64,000 nt of DNA from an uncultured virus (IMG/VR IMGVR_UViG_3300035130_000204) (taxonomy: Duplodnaviria; Heunggongvirae; Uroviricota; Caudoviricetes), in the IMG/VR virus record IMGVR_UViG_3300035130_000204, one strand, 5' to 3'. Position numbers and translations under genes: made by a program. The notes beneath the pieces are model-generated. The model did not search any database. It saw only the letters and a list, made by a program, of their open reading frames with translations, and had not been told where the DNA came from. Of this stretch, positions 27,040 to 36,421 are shown in pieces. How positions within the stretch are numbered: position 1 is the stretch's first letter; every line of letters begins with the position of its first letter.

Positions 27040-27606
27040 ATGGCAACGAGCCGCAAGAAGACCGCCAAGAAGAAGACGACTGCGAAGCGTCGGCCGGCGG
27101 CCAAGAAAAAGACAACCAAGAAGAACGCCGCCAAGAAGGTCCTGAAGTGGGGCAAAGGCGTCGTCCATCCTGTGACAAAGCGTCCTTGCGGCGGAAGAGC
27201 TATGTCGCAGCGCGACCAAAAGCTCTTCACACGCATGGGTAAGCGTCGCGCTGGCGTGACGCCGACCAAGGTGCGTGAGGCCTATGGGCTGAAGAAGCCG
27301 GCTCGCCAACCTGCCAAGAAGAAGGCGGTCGCAAAACGTCCAGCTCGCAAGGCTGCGACCAAGCGCAAGCCTGCGAGGAAGGCCGCTCCGAAGAAGCGCA
27401 CGATGGCCGCCAAGAAGAAGGCGCCCAAGGGCTACCGTGAGAAGAAGGTCAGTCCTGGCCGGTCCAGGTTCAAGTACGTCATCTTCGATGCAAGCGGGCG
27501 TGACCACTATGGCTGCAACAAGCTGACGGACGCACGCCGAAAGCTCAAGGAGCTGAAGGCGGAGAAACCCAAGGCAAAGCTGCAGATCTACGAAATGAAG
27601 GGCTAG
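27040..27606 (+). CDS. Histone H1-like basic protein
   Basis: RBS GGGAGG; K/A/R/P-rich PAKKK and PARKAA repeats. Confidence 0.75.
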   Translation: MATSRKKTAKKKTTAKRRPAAKKKTTKKNAAKKVLKWGKGVVHPVTKRPCGGRAMSQRDQKLFTRMGKRRAGVTPTKVREAYGLKKPARQPAKKKAVAKRPARKAATKRKPARKAAPKKRTMAAKKKAPKGYREKKVSPGRSRFKYVIFDASGRDHYGCNKLTDARRKLKELKAEKPKAKLQIYEMKG

Positions 27607-27610
27607 CACC

Positions 27611-28120
27611 ATGTATGCACAGCAGCAACAGCCTCCAATGGCACTCGCACAGCTGGGAGGTCAGCTTCAGAGCTTGGCCCTCTCGCCCATCCAGCGGTGG
27701 CAGCAAGCCTCGCTCACGCACAAGGTCCTCGCCGTAGCGGCAGGGGCTGGCATGGCCTGGTGGCTTCACAAGAAGGGCATGGACGACCTTGCAGTGGCCG
27801 CAGCCGGTGTTGGCGCGGCCTACGGAGCTTCTGCCCTGATGCACTACCCACGGGTCATGACAGCGGCGCCTGCAGCTGGAGCGGCCCCAGTGAGCCCCCA
27901 GGCTCTTCCTGCGGCCCAGGTCAACGGCATGGCCGCCAGGGCTCAGGCGGCGCTGACGAGCGGCACAGCGCATCTGCCAGCGCCTCCGGCGCAGCCTCAG
28001 CCGGCCGCGCAGCCAGCCTCGACCGTCAGCAGCCAGAACGTGCCGCCCGCGCAGCCGGCTCCGATGGCTGGAATGCCCAGGCGCAGCAAGGACCCGTCGA
28101 GGTTCAACGCCCTCGGGTAG
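27611..28120 (+). CDS. Membrane protein with Ala/Pro/Gln-rich tail
   Basis: Two short hydrophobic segments; ends RFNALG. Confidence 0.65.
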   Translation: MYAQQQQPPMALAQLGGQLQSLALSPIQRWQQASLTHKVLAVAAGAGMAWWLHKKGMDDLAVAAAGVGAAYGASALMHYPRVMTAAPAAGAAPVSPQALPAAQVNGMAARAQAALTSGTAHLPAPPAQPQPAAQPASTVSSQNVPPAQPAPMAGMPRRSKDPSRFNALG

Positions 28121-28132
28121 GAGGTTCTCGCA

Positions 28133-28633
28133 ATGCCAGGACAGCGCCGAAGACAACCTCCAAACGAGCAATCGCCGTTCAGGACCTTTTTGGACGACAT
28201 GCTCGGCTCGGGTGTGCAGTACGTCGTCGAGACGGTCAAGCAGGCGGCTCCGAAGTGTGCCTTCTGTGGCGCTGCCACTGTGCTCCGATGCGTCGCGTGT
28301 GGGCGCGTCGTGTGCAACATGCACGGGTTCATCAACTACCAGGCGGTCGACAAGATCACGACCATCTGTGCCCAGTGCGTCAGCGAATCGATGCCGCATG
28401 TGGATCTCGAGGACCCAAGGCCACCTTCTCAGGACGGAGAAGAGTGGCCGTACCGCGAGAAAGCGTGGACGATTCTCGGAGTCGGCCCCTTTGCTACGAC
28501 CGAGGAGATCAACAAGGCCTACAAGAGGCTTGCGGCAGATGCTCACCCCGATCACGGCGGCGACCCCGAGCAGATGAAGAAGCTCAACGCGGCCAGGGCG
28601 TACATGATGGGTCGAAAAAGGAGGCCAAGATGA
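28133..28633 (+). CDS. Zn-finger plus C-terminal J-domain (DnaJ-like co-chaperone)
   Basis: CxxC..CxxC..CxxH..CxxC; AWTILGV...EEINKAYKRLAADAHPDHGGD with HPD motif. Confidence 0.85.
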   Translation: MPGQRRRQPPNEQSPFRTFLDDMLGSGVQYVVETVKQAAPKCAFCGAATVLRCVACGRVVCNMHGFINYQAVDKITTICAQCVSESMPHVDLEDPRPPSQDGEEWPYREKAWTILGVGPFATTEEINKAYKRLAADAHPDHGGDPEQMKKLNAARAYMMGRKRRPR

Positions 28634-29037
28634 GCCCCTGGATGCAGGCAGGGATCGGCATAGGCGTCGGCTACTTGCTTTACACGTACGTGCTCAAGGG
28701 TCGCGTGATCGTTCCCAACGGGTCTGTCCTGTCAGGTGACATCGAACACAACGGATACAAACGTTCGGGGCGCAAGGCCTGGAAGAGTCGGACCGCCATG
28801 CGCGTCGAAGAGCGTGAGGCCATGCACGCTCGCGCTCCCGGGTGCTTTCTGAAACCGAAAGAGATGAAGTACCCCGTGTGCTCCAAGGGTGGCTCCAAGC
28901 CGACCTGTGAAGGCCTGCTTGCCGCACGCCGCCGTGCGATCCTGAACAGGGACAGGAAGGTGAGACGCAAGGCCGAGTCCATGGCGCTGACGATGGGCTG
29001 CGGCTGGGCTCTTCGGAGCGAAAAGCTGGTAGTTTGA
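28630..29037 (+). CDS. N-terminal TM plus basic Cys-containing domain
   Basis: ATG overlaps the previous stop; CFLKP..KYPVC..CEGLLAARRRA. Confidence 0.65.
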   Translation: MSPWMQAGIGIGVGYLLYTYVLKGRVIVPNGSVLSGDIEHNGYKRSGRKAWKSRTAMRVEEREAMHARAPGCFLKPKEMKYPVCSKGGSKPTCEGLLAARRRAILNRDRKVRRKAESMALTMGCGWALRSEKLVV

Positions 29038-29333
29038 TGACCTACGACGGGCCGAACAAGAACGCCTTTGTGGCTATCAAGCCACAGCAGTCTCCTGAAA
29101 GGGGTCTGGTCTGGCGCGTGTTCGTGTTCGTTGGTGGCCAAAGACTCATAAGGCCGGGCTTTCAAAAATACAAAGCTGCTGTGAAGCTAGCAGCTATGCT
29201 TGTACAGCAGATGCTTGCTCATGGTTGGAGCGTCCGTTGGGAGGTCCGTGACGAGAAGGGTCACATGAAGGATGTAAACCTGGCGAGCCTTGGCAGCAAA
29301 ATGCAACGCGGCGAGAAGGGTAACAAACCATGA
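29037..29333 (+). CDS. Hypothetical protein
   Basis: Coupled start and stop with neighbours. Confidence 0.55.
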   Translation: MTYDGPNKNAFVAIKPQQSPERGLVWRVFVFVGGQRLIRPGFQKYKAAVKLAAMLVQQMLAHGWSVRWEVRDEKGHMKDVNLASLGSKMQRGEKGNKP

Positions 29334-29563
29334 GCTACAAGCGTTACGTGATCCCTGGCGAGGCTGCTGCGCTTGTCGAAGAGGTGCATCAGCCGGTCTA
29401 TACGACAGCGGTTCGTGGGGTTGGTGCGGCTGCTCTTGGAAACGGGGCGGTGTCTACGGACAGAACGCTAATGGGTGCCGTTGCCATCATGGCGTTGGCG
29501 GGTCTAGGCATCTTGTGGTGGACCCGACGAGAGCGTGGACGTGGGCTTCTGGCGCTGAACTAG
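29330..29563 (+). CDS. Small protein with C-terminal TM
   Basis: GVG..ALG motif, TM followed by RR. Confidence 0.6.
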   Translation: MSYKRYVIPGEAAALVEEVHQPVYTTAVRGVGAAALGNGAVSTDRTLMGAVAIMALAGLGILWWTRRERGRGLLALN

Positions 29564-29722
29564 AAGCTCGTCGGATAAAAGCATGGACGCTATGATCGAC
29601 ATGGGGGCAACGGCAGCGTCGGACCTACCGTTAACGAGATCGCTCGAGCGCGAGCAGCTCACGCTGCGGCCGAGCAACACTACACGTTTGGCAGGCTATT
29701 CTGCCGAGAACGTGAGGAGGAG

Positions 29723-30121
29723 ATGATGCTCCAACCTCTGAGGAAGAAGCACTTGACGCGGCTCAGTCCAGTAATGCACGCCTACAACCGATCTTTCGTG
29801 CGACCCGAGCTGGGCGTTCCGATCACGGGCATGGCTGGTCTCGGGGACAACTACGAAAAGTCCTCAGTGGATGATCCTGGTCTGCCCCACGGGACTCGTA
29901 TTGATCCGCGTGGCGAGGCGCTGTGGTCCAACCTGTACCGCATCGGCGCTGCTGGTTCGCTGAGCCGCACGACGCCGTTCGGTCCCGCTGCCTTCAGCGG
30001 TCTCGGCACAAACGGCAACGGCAACGGGGCGCGTCCTATCGGTGAGAGGGTTCGCGACATGGCTCCTCTGCTGTTGGCACTGGGTGCGACGATTGGCGTG
30101 CTGTTCCTCGTCAACCGCTGA
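29723..30121 (+). CDS. Small protein with C-terminal TM
   Basis: RBS GAGGAGG; MAGLGD and FSGLGT motifs. Confidence 0.7.
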   Translation: MMLQPLRKKHLTRLSPVMHAYNRSFVRPELGVPITGMAGLGDNYEKSSVDDPGLPHGTRIDPRGEALWSNLYRIGAAGSLSRTTPFGPAAFSGLGTNGNGNGARPIGERVRDMAPLLLALGATIGVLFLVNR

Positions 30122-30216
30122 CCTATCCCTGAAAGCCCCTGCCCATTGGGGCCGCGCACCAGCAGTGCTTGCGCCCTACAGTGGCGCAGGGCGATGATGC
30201 TGTAGAGGCGCGACCC

Positions 30217-31824
30217 ATGAGCGAAAATCGCAAGCAAGAAGGCTCCAACATAATTACGGCCGAGGCGTACACAGGTCGCTGCCCTGTTCAGTGTGAGCTG
30301 TGCTACGTCAACTTCGGCGAGCCAGGGCAAGCCAAGGTCAAGGGCATCCTCCACGGTGGAGGCAACCTAGGCAAGAAAACACGCGAGTATGCAACACGCC
30401 ATGGTTGGAAGGGCGGTCCGTTCAGGGTTTGGTTGAGACCTGCGGCTGCATGGTATGACCATGGCCCGAGGATGTTCAGGTTGCCGACTGGGCACGTGCT
30501 TCCAGCCATCCTCAGGATTTCTTCATGCAGTGATTCATCGATGTCTCCAGCCGCCTGGTGTCGCGACATCAAGGCACTTTGGGGCTCGAGCTGTTTCTTC
30601 AACTCCGCCATCCGAGCGATCAAGCAGAAGCCGGGAAATCTTCGTGGAGACGTGTTCCACAAGCTCGTGGTGACGACCAACGGTGGCTACCAGAAGGTCT
30701 ACGAGCACTCTGATCCGAGACCATCCTACGCCATCAAGAACGCTGACTATTTCTTCCGCAAGGTTTACGGAACGATGGACCCGCCATCGGTGGGCGCCTC
30801 TTACTCCAACTTCCTAGATCCTCAAACGCTTACGACGGCTGGTTTTGCTGAGTACGAGGATAGGATCAAATTTTACCGGCTCAGGACGCTTCCGACGGTC
30901 GTACCGTTGCTCGAGACGTACAAGCCCGTGGTGCACACCATGGTGCGATTCAAGGGTGTGTGGAATGCCTGCGAATTCGCGCGAGCCTACGGTATGGAGC
31001 TTGAGGTTGATAGCGCCGACGGGTTCAGGCGCGCGATGGTGGAGAAGTTCGGATTTCGGGCGCGCAAGGCTGCAAAGGGAACGCACATTCGTATCAGGCT
31101 GCGCTCTGAGTATAACGCGTATCAGAATCAGGACGAGTGGACGCACCTTGTTCACCGAAAGTCCTACTACAGGCCAGATCCGCGCCAGTTCGAGGGATTC
31201 GAGTACGTTTGTGACAGGATCTACAAGGGGTGCAAGGGTTGCGGATTGTGCGCGACGCTCGACGCGCAGTACGAAGGTGACATCAATCCGATCATGGCCG
31301 AATACGGATTCGAGCCAAAGCCGTTCGAGGGTGGCTACGTCGAAGAGCGTCTTCCTGGTTCAGGGCGACTTTACCAAAATCCTGAGGACAAGCTGCGTAC
31401 AGTTAGCGATGACGCCGGGTCTGTCAACGGGAGCTTCTTCGAAGAGATCCTTGATGACATCTACCTGTGCGCGAACCCAAATGGTGAGTGCATCGTCGTC
31501 GAACAAAGCGAGGCGTGGCTCGAGCGTGCGCTGTGGGAGTGCGGCTCGTACTGCCTGTCGAACGGCTACTACGTCGAGGACTGGGACACCCACGAGGATG
31601 TAGGAATGCTCATCGCCTACTGCTTGTGGTGCATGCTGCGCAAGGCTCGCCGGGGCGGCATGGGGCCCGAGGAGGCGTGGCAGGCAGCCCGAGGGTTTGC
31701 CGCTATGGCGACTGACGGTGCGGAGCTTTTCGCGGCTAATGCCGACCTGATGCTGATGTGGAACAACGAGGGCCCGTACATCGAGCAGTTTGGCACGCTC
31801 GATGAGTCGGTGCCGGTGTACTAG
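30217..31824 (+). CDS. Radical SAM-like Fe-S protein with extra C-terminal domain
   Basis: CPVQCELCY (CxxxCxxC) near the N-terminus; LRISSCSD; second cluster C..GCKGCGLC. Confidence 0.6.
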   Translation: MSENRKQEGSNIITAEAYTGRCPVQCELCYVNFGEPGQAKVKGILHGGGNLGKKTREYATRHGWKGGPFRVWLRPAAAWYDHGPRMFRLPTGHVLPAILRISSCSDSSMSPAAWCRDIKALWGSSCFFNSAIRAIKQKPGNLRGDVFHKLVVTTNGGYQKVYEHSDPRPSYAIKNADYFFRKVYGTMDPPSVGASYSNFLDPQTLTTAGFAEYEDRIKFYRLRTLPTVVPLLETYKPVVHTMVRFKGVWNACEFARAYGMELEVDSADGFRRAMVEKFGFRARKAAKGTHIRIRLRSEYNAYQNQDEWTHLVHRKSYYRPDPRQFEGFEYVCDRIYKGCKGCGLCATLDAQYEGDINPIMAEYGFEPKPFEGGYVEERLPGSGRLYQNPEDKLRTVSDDAGSVNGSFFEEILDDIYLCANPNGECIVVEQSEAWLERALWECGSYCLSNGYYVEDWDTHEDVGMLIAYCLWCMLRKARRGGMGPEEAWQAARGFAAMATDGAELFAANADLMLMWNNEGPYIEQFGTLDESVPVY

Positions 31825-31832
31825 GAGGGGTC

Positions 31833-34829
31833 ATGGTGCAGGGCTACAACATCCGCAGCATCGATAAGCTTCCGCAGTATAAGGACAATCCCGAGATGAA
31901 CAAACATCCGGAGATGGAGCTGGAGACGCGTCCGACATTGATCGAGGACGAGTTCGATCCGCGGCTGCTCGAGCCCGGGATGTACACGGCCTATTCCAAC
32001 ACGCCAGCCTATCCGATCCTCTACGGCTTGGCCGTCACAGGCCAGGTCGTCTACGGCGGAGCGCGCTACTACGACGGCGGGGTCAAGGAGATACTGGTCA
32101 TGGTGGGCGCGCCTCAGGCCGAGGCAAATCCTGAGGAGAATGCCAAGTGGAAGGCTGCTGTCGTTGTGCCCCATGAAGCCTTCACGTCGATCCCAGAGGA
32201 AGAGTACGGCGACACAACGTGGCAACAGATGTGGTGGCGCGAGGTCATCCAGAATGCTGTCGACGCGGGCGCCACCAAAGTCGACTGCCGCATCGAAGAG
32301 CAGCCTGACGGGACGTGGCTGGCCAGCTGTCAGGACAACGGCCACGGCATGACGGCTCAGGACATCGTAGACCGCTTCTTTCAGCTCAAGGCCAGCAAGA
32401 AGTTTGGCGAGACGACCATCGGAGGCTTCGGCGAGGCCAAGAAGTTCATTGCGCTCGCATGGATCGGCTACCGAGTGCGCAGCCTCGACGCGCAGGTGCA
32501 GGGCAGCGGCGCTGACTGGCCGGACCTCGAGGTCGAGGATGAGCTGGAGCGTTTGGATGGGACGCTCGTTGAGGTCATCATGCCGGCGGACAAACATACG
32601 ACCGACATGGCGGCGCGCGACTTCATTTCGAAATGCACCCTGACTGGGATCAAGTTTACTGTCAACGGTGAGCAGGTGCGAGCGAATTTGCGGCCAGGTC
32701 AGTTCAAGCGCGATCTTCCGTACGGCACGAAGCTTTACTACAACAAGAACGGTAACATCAACGCAGCGTTGGTGCGTGCCAATGGTCTGTACATGTTTTC
32801 GAAGGACCTGCCGAGCGATTTCAAGGGCACTGTGACCATCGAGCTGTTCCCGAAGCGTCAGGAGTTTCCGCAGCCCAAGGATTTGTTCAACGCGACGCGA
32901 ATGGACTTGCGATGGAACGAGTTGGGCGAGTCGGTAAGAAATTTCCTACAGAAAGCCCGTTCGGACGTACGCGAAGCGCTTCGCGATCCTGAGGCATTGA
33001 CCCGGAAACCCTACCCAGGCACGGGTCTGTTCACAAGTGAAGATCCTGTCAATAAGGCGAAGCTGCGCGACAGCATGGGCCCGTTGCCACCTCGTGCGCC
33101 TGGCAAGGATACCGAGCTGCGTATGGGCGGAGAGCAGCAAAAGGAGTTCCTGGCCGAGATCATGGGGCAGTACCAGTCGGCTACAGAGCGTAGCAGTGGC
33201 AACGTCACGGATGCGATCGGCATCTTGGACCCACAGACGGCCGCGGTGCTATCAGCTGTCGGTTTCAAGGGCGAGTCGCACGTAGATGCCGCGGTCGAGC
33301 AAATGGTCTGGAAGCCGGACTTCTTCATCATGAACGACGAGACGATGCGCGAAGGTTTTCGCATCGACAAGCGCTTCGAGCCGGCGACGATGACCTCGAA
33401 GGTCCTCGCGCTGGCCAAGTGTTGGGCCGAGCTGGTGCGTCTCATCTTCGTGGTGGCTGGAGTGCGAACGCAGTGGGGCGTTGGCTTCGTCTTCTCCAAA
33501 GAAGCGCTCGGAATGTGGCAGACAATGCCGGACGGCAAGAAGTACATCTGCCTGAACCCGTTTGATCTGGAAACAGGTAAGATTCTCAGTATCCGTGACG
33601 ATAAGAGCCTGAGCCACATCTTCGCGGTGGCCATCCACGAATGCGCACATCACATCGACGGCTACGATTATCACAGCGAGGGTTGGCGCGCGGCTGTAGA
33701 CCGCATCCTCAAGGACATGATGCGCTACTGGCCGCAGGTCAAGCGCATCGCGAAGAGCATCAAGATCAAGGGCACAGGAGCTGAGGCACGACCGAAGACG
33801 AAAAAGCGTGGAGCGACAGTCCCGTGCGAGATTGGGTTCATTGCGACGGAGAGGGTTTCGCACATGATCGTGCGGCCAGATGACTCATGCAGCCAGGTGC
33901 TCGACCTGTTCTACGAGTACTTCATTCCGGAGGACCGGCTCAACCTGTTCGTCTATGACGACATGCGGTCTAAGTTCGTGAGGGAACAGATCGACAGGGA
34001 GAAACAGTGGCACCAGCTTGGGACCTACGAGTCGGTCAACCGCAACTGGGTGCTCGAGTCGATCGCGGACGCTTACTCGGTTCAAAGCGCTGAGACCCTC
34101 AGCCCGAAGAAGTGGTTCGTCGAGGACGTGATGCCGACAGAGGTCTGGATCAGGCCTGATGGCTTCTTGCAGATGCGCCCGGCGGATCGGCGCTCGGTCC
34201 GGTACATGATGGTCGATTGGAACATCCCGATGTCGGTCACGGCGCCGGTGCTCGCGGAGTACGGGGACCTCAACAAACTGGTCAACGCCGTCATCGACAT
34301 GAAGCTAAAGCCCGCTACGGATACTGGGTACGAAGCGATTTACGACGCGCTGGTGCGCGGTGAGCACGTCATATTGCCCTATGATCCATACCTCTATACC
34401 GAGGAGCTGAGAAACTACCTAGACAACCTGAGAGCTGGTCTGTACGACCAGTTCGGCGCAGTGCAGTACCCGCCGATGGGCGACCCAGGAGCGCCTGTCA
34501 ACGTCAACGTGATGCCCACGGCTGACTCGCACGGCAGAGCTGTAGGTTTCTCGTTGCAGGTTGTCCACCTGCACAGCCTGAAGTGGTACAACTGGGCCTA
34601 CGACCTTGACCAGCCCAACGAGATCGAGATCAAGATCGCCAGCGGACCACGCTTGGACGCGTTCCTTCAGTACGTTCCGAAGATGGCGAGGGAAGATCTT
34701 GAGAACCACTACAACGTCTGGGATCTCGAGCTGGACAGGCACGTGTTCGAGCTGCTGCTCGAGCACCAGCTATCGGTGACGTTGCACCCGGCAAAACAGC
34801 CACCTGCCCTGATTGTCCAGCGTTCCTAG
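31833..34829 (+). CDS. GHKL (Hsp90/MORC-type) ATPase fused to a HEXXH metallopeptidase-like domain
   Basis: REVIQNAVDAGA (N-box), DNGHGM (G1), IGGFGEA (G2), GTLVEV; AIHECAHH......HSEGW. Confidence 0.8.
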   Translation: MVQGYNIRSIDKLPQYKDNPEMNKHPEMELETRPTLIEDEFDPRLLEPGMYTAYSNTPAYPILYGLAVTGQVVYGGARYYDGGVKEILVMVGAPQAEANPEENAKWKAAVVVPHEAFTSIPEEEYGDTTWQQMWWREVIQNAVDAGATKVDCRIEEQPDGTWLASCQDNGHGMTAQDIVDRFFQLKASKKFGETTIGGFGEAKKFIALAWIGYRVRSLDAQVQGSGADWPDLEVEDELERLDGTLVEVIMPADKHTTDMAARDFISKCTLTGIKFTVNGEQVRANLRPGQFKRDLPYGTKLYYNKNGNINAALVRANGLYMFSKDLPSDFKGTVTIELFPKRQEFPQPKDLFNATRMDLRWNELGESVRNFLQKARSDVREALRDPEALTRKPYPGTGLFTSEDPVNKAKLRDSMGPLPPRAPGKDTELRMGGEQQKEFLAEIMGQYQSATERSSGNVTDAIGILDPQTAAVLSAVGFKGESHVDAAVEQMVWKPDFFIMNDETMREGFRIDKRFEPATMTSKVLALAKCWAELVRLIFVVAGVRTQWGVGFVFSKEALGMWQTMPDGKKYICLNPFDLETGKILSIRDDKSLSHIFAVAIHECAHHIDGYDYHSEGWRAAVDRILKDMMRYWPQVKRIAKSIKIKGTGAEARPKTKKRGATVPCEIGFIATERVSHMIVRPDDSCSQVLDLFYEYFIPEDRLNLFVYDDMRSKFVREQIDREKQWHQLGTYESVNRNWVLESIADAYSVQSAETLSPKKWFVEDVMPTEVWIRPDGFLQMRPADRRSVRYMMVDWNIPMSVTAPVLAEYGDLNKLVNAVIDMKLKPATDTGYEAIYDALVRGEHVILPYDPYLYTEELRNYLDNLRAGLYDQFGAVQYPPMGDPGAPVNVNVMPTADSHGRAVGFSLQVVHLHSLKWYNWAYDLDQPNEIEIKIASGPRLDAFLQYVPKMAREDLENHYNVWDLELDRHVFELLLEHQLSVTLHPAKQPPALIVQRS

Positions 34830-34909
34830 TACTCTCGACACGCTGATCCCTCTCTGGTAGTCTGCTAGCATCCGTTAGATCGCACCATTGCGCACGAAGG
34901 ACGAACATC

Positions 34910-35458
34910 ATGGCAAACCAGCCCAGCTTCGACGACGAAGGGCACGAGATCGAGGACAAGGTCGAAGAGCCCGTCAAGCAAGAGCCAGTTCGTAGCGAGG
35001 TCAAGCATTTCACGGACAGAGACGGCCGTGCAAACGTCAAGGGTTTGACCACAGTCGAGGAGGCCAAGGAGGAGCACGTCTACGTGCTCTACAAGAATGC
35101 CTTCTGGGAGATGGTGCTGGAGGTCGACTTGATTGGCGACCAGGTTGTCTTCCGCAGCGACGGACGAATTCCGCCGGTCATTCACCTGCTGTGCCCTCGG
35201 TGCGTGCGCCAGGGTCACAAGGATAACGCGCTTTCGATCACGCACACCTCGATGGGCGGCACCAAAGGGTTCGAGATCGAGGACCTCGAAGAGAGGGACT
35301 GGGGTTTCATCATGAACCCTCAGACGAACCAACCCATTATGGGCTCGGACGGAATGCCCGTCGTCGTGCGGCGCAGCTTGACCGTAAAGGAGCCCTTCAA
35401 GTGCGAGTACTGCCAGGCGCGGTACAAGATCACCGATAACCAGATGCGGGACTCCTGA
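34910..35458 (+). CDS. Zn-ribbon hypothetical protein
   Basis: CPRC and CEYC pairs; RBS AAGGA. Confidence 0.7.
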   Translation: MANQPSFDDEGHEIEDKVEEPVKQEPVRSEVKHFTDRDGRANVKGLTTVEEAKEEHVYVLYKNAFWEMVLEVDLIGDQVVFRSDGRIPPVIHLLCPRCVRQGHKDNALSITHTSMGGTKGFEIEDLEERDWGFIMNPQTNQPIMGSDGMPVVVRRSLTVKEPFKCEYCQARYKITDNQMRDS

Positions 35459-35471
35459 AGAGGGGGCTATC

Positions 35472-36224
35472 ATGGACGTCTCGCTATGCCTTCTGGCCCA
35501 CAACGGCCACGAGGAAGCCGAGCAGCTGATCGCAAGCTTCAAGGCGATGGACCACCTTGATGTGGAGGTGGTTGTCGGCAAGCAGGGGTGTCGTCCTGAG
35601 GACTCCGCCTGGTACGACGCGCACGCTGACGTCGCCATCGAAGTTACAGACCGCGAACTGTGGGACTTTGGGTTCGGCTACGCACGTCAGGTAGTCACAG
35701 ACGCAGCGAACCGCGACTGGTGCATCTCTGCAGACCTCGGGGAAATTTGGCATCTCAACCAGCGGTACGAAAACCTCGATGAAGCAGTCCTTGATGCGAA
35801 TCCGTCGCCGGTTTTGCGGGTTCTGCGTGGCGATCCCGCGACAATCAGGTCGGTGGCCAAAGGTGAAGTTCCGAGCAGCTCCTTGACGGACGACAACGGT
35901 CGCATCTTCGACCGGCGTCAGATGAGTTGGCTAGGCATTATTCATGAAGCTCTATTCCATGTGGCGACGGGTGAGGTCTGGGCGCTCCACGCGCGCCGAT
36001 ATCCTCCGGCCTTCTACGTCGAGCACGGAGGCAAGGAAGAGGAACCTAAGGATTTTGTCAGCCGCAAGGAAGCACTCTACGACCACTTAATCTACGAGCT
36101 GGTTCAGAACCCGCAACGCCGCATAGGTACCCATCACTACTGGTGGACGCACCACTGGGAGAACTGCGTCAAGCCGCACTTCAAGGAGATTTCCTTCGAG
36201 GAGTGGCAGGAGATGCAGGGTTGA
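35472..36224 (+). CDS. Glycosyltransferase family 2-like protein
   Basis: VSLCLLAHN start, FGYARQ...ANRDWCISAD, W.GIIHE. Confidence 0.65.
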   Translation: MDVSLCLLAHNGHEEAEQLIASFKAMDHLDVEVVVGKQGCRPEDSAWYDAHADVAIEVTDRELWDFGFGYARQVVTDAANRDWCISADLGEIWHLNQRYENLDEAVLDANPSPVLRVLRGDPATIRSVAKGEVPSSSLTDDNGRIFDRRQMSWLGIIHEALFHVATGEVWALHARRYPPAFYVEHGGKEEEPKDFVSRKEALYDHLIYELVQNPQRRIGTHHYWWTHHWENCVKPHFKEISFEEWQEMQG

Positions 36225-36421
36225 GCAAAACGACCAAGGAAAAGCTTGGGCGTATCGTTCTGCACCAGATGGTGCGCGAGGCGATTGTTAGGTGGTTACG
36301 AAAGGACGTTCTTGCACGGCGACTGATTCTTGAAGAGATCGAAGCGAACCCAGATGTTGGGGCTAAAGTGCAGCTCAAGGAGTACGGGCTCCGCATCCAC
36401 ATCACCAAGGAAATCAAATGA
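36221..36421 (+). CDS. Small hypothetical protein
   Basis: TTG start overlapping the previous stop; stop overlaps the next start. Confidence 0.45.
   Translation: MSKTTKEKLGRIVLHQMVREAIVRWLRKDVLARRLILEEIEANPDVGAKVQLKEYGLRIHITKEIK

Noticed and set aside
27697..29037. 446-aa ORF as a single gene
   Set aside because: The upstream part overlaps two better genes; the credible start is the coupled ATG at 28630. The same logic applies to the extended starts at 22022, 24644, 9213 and 16256
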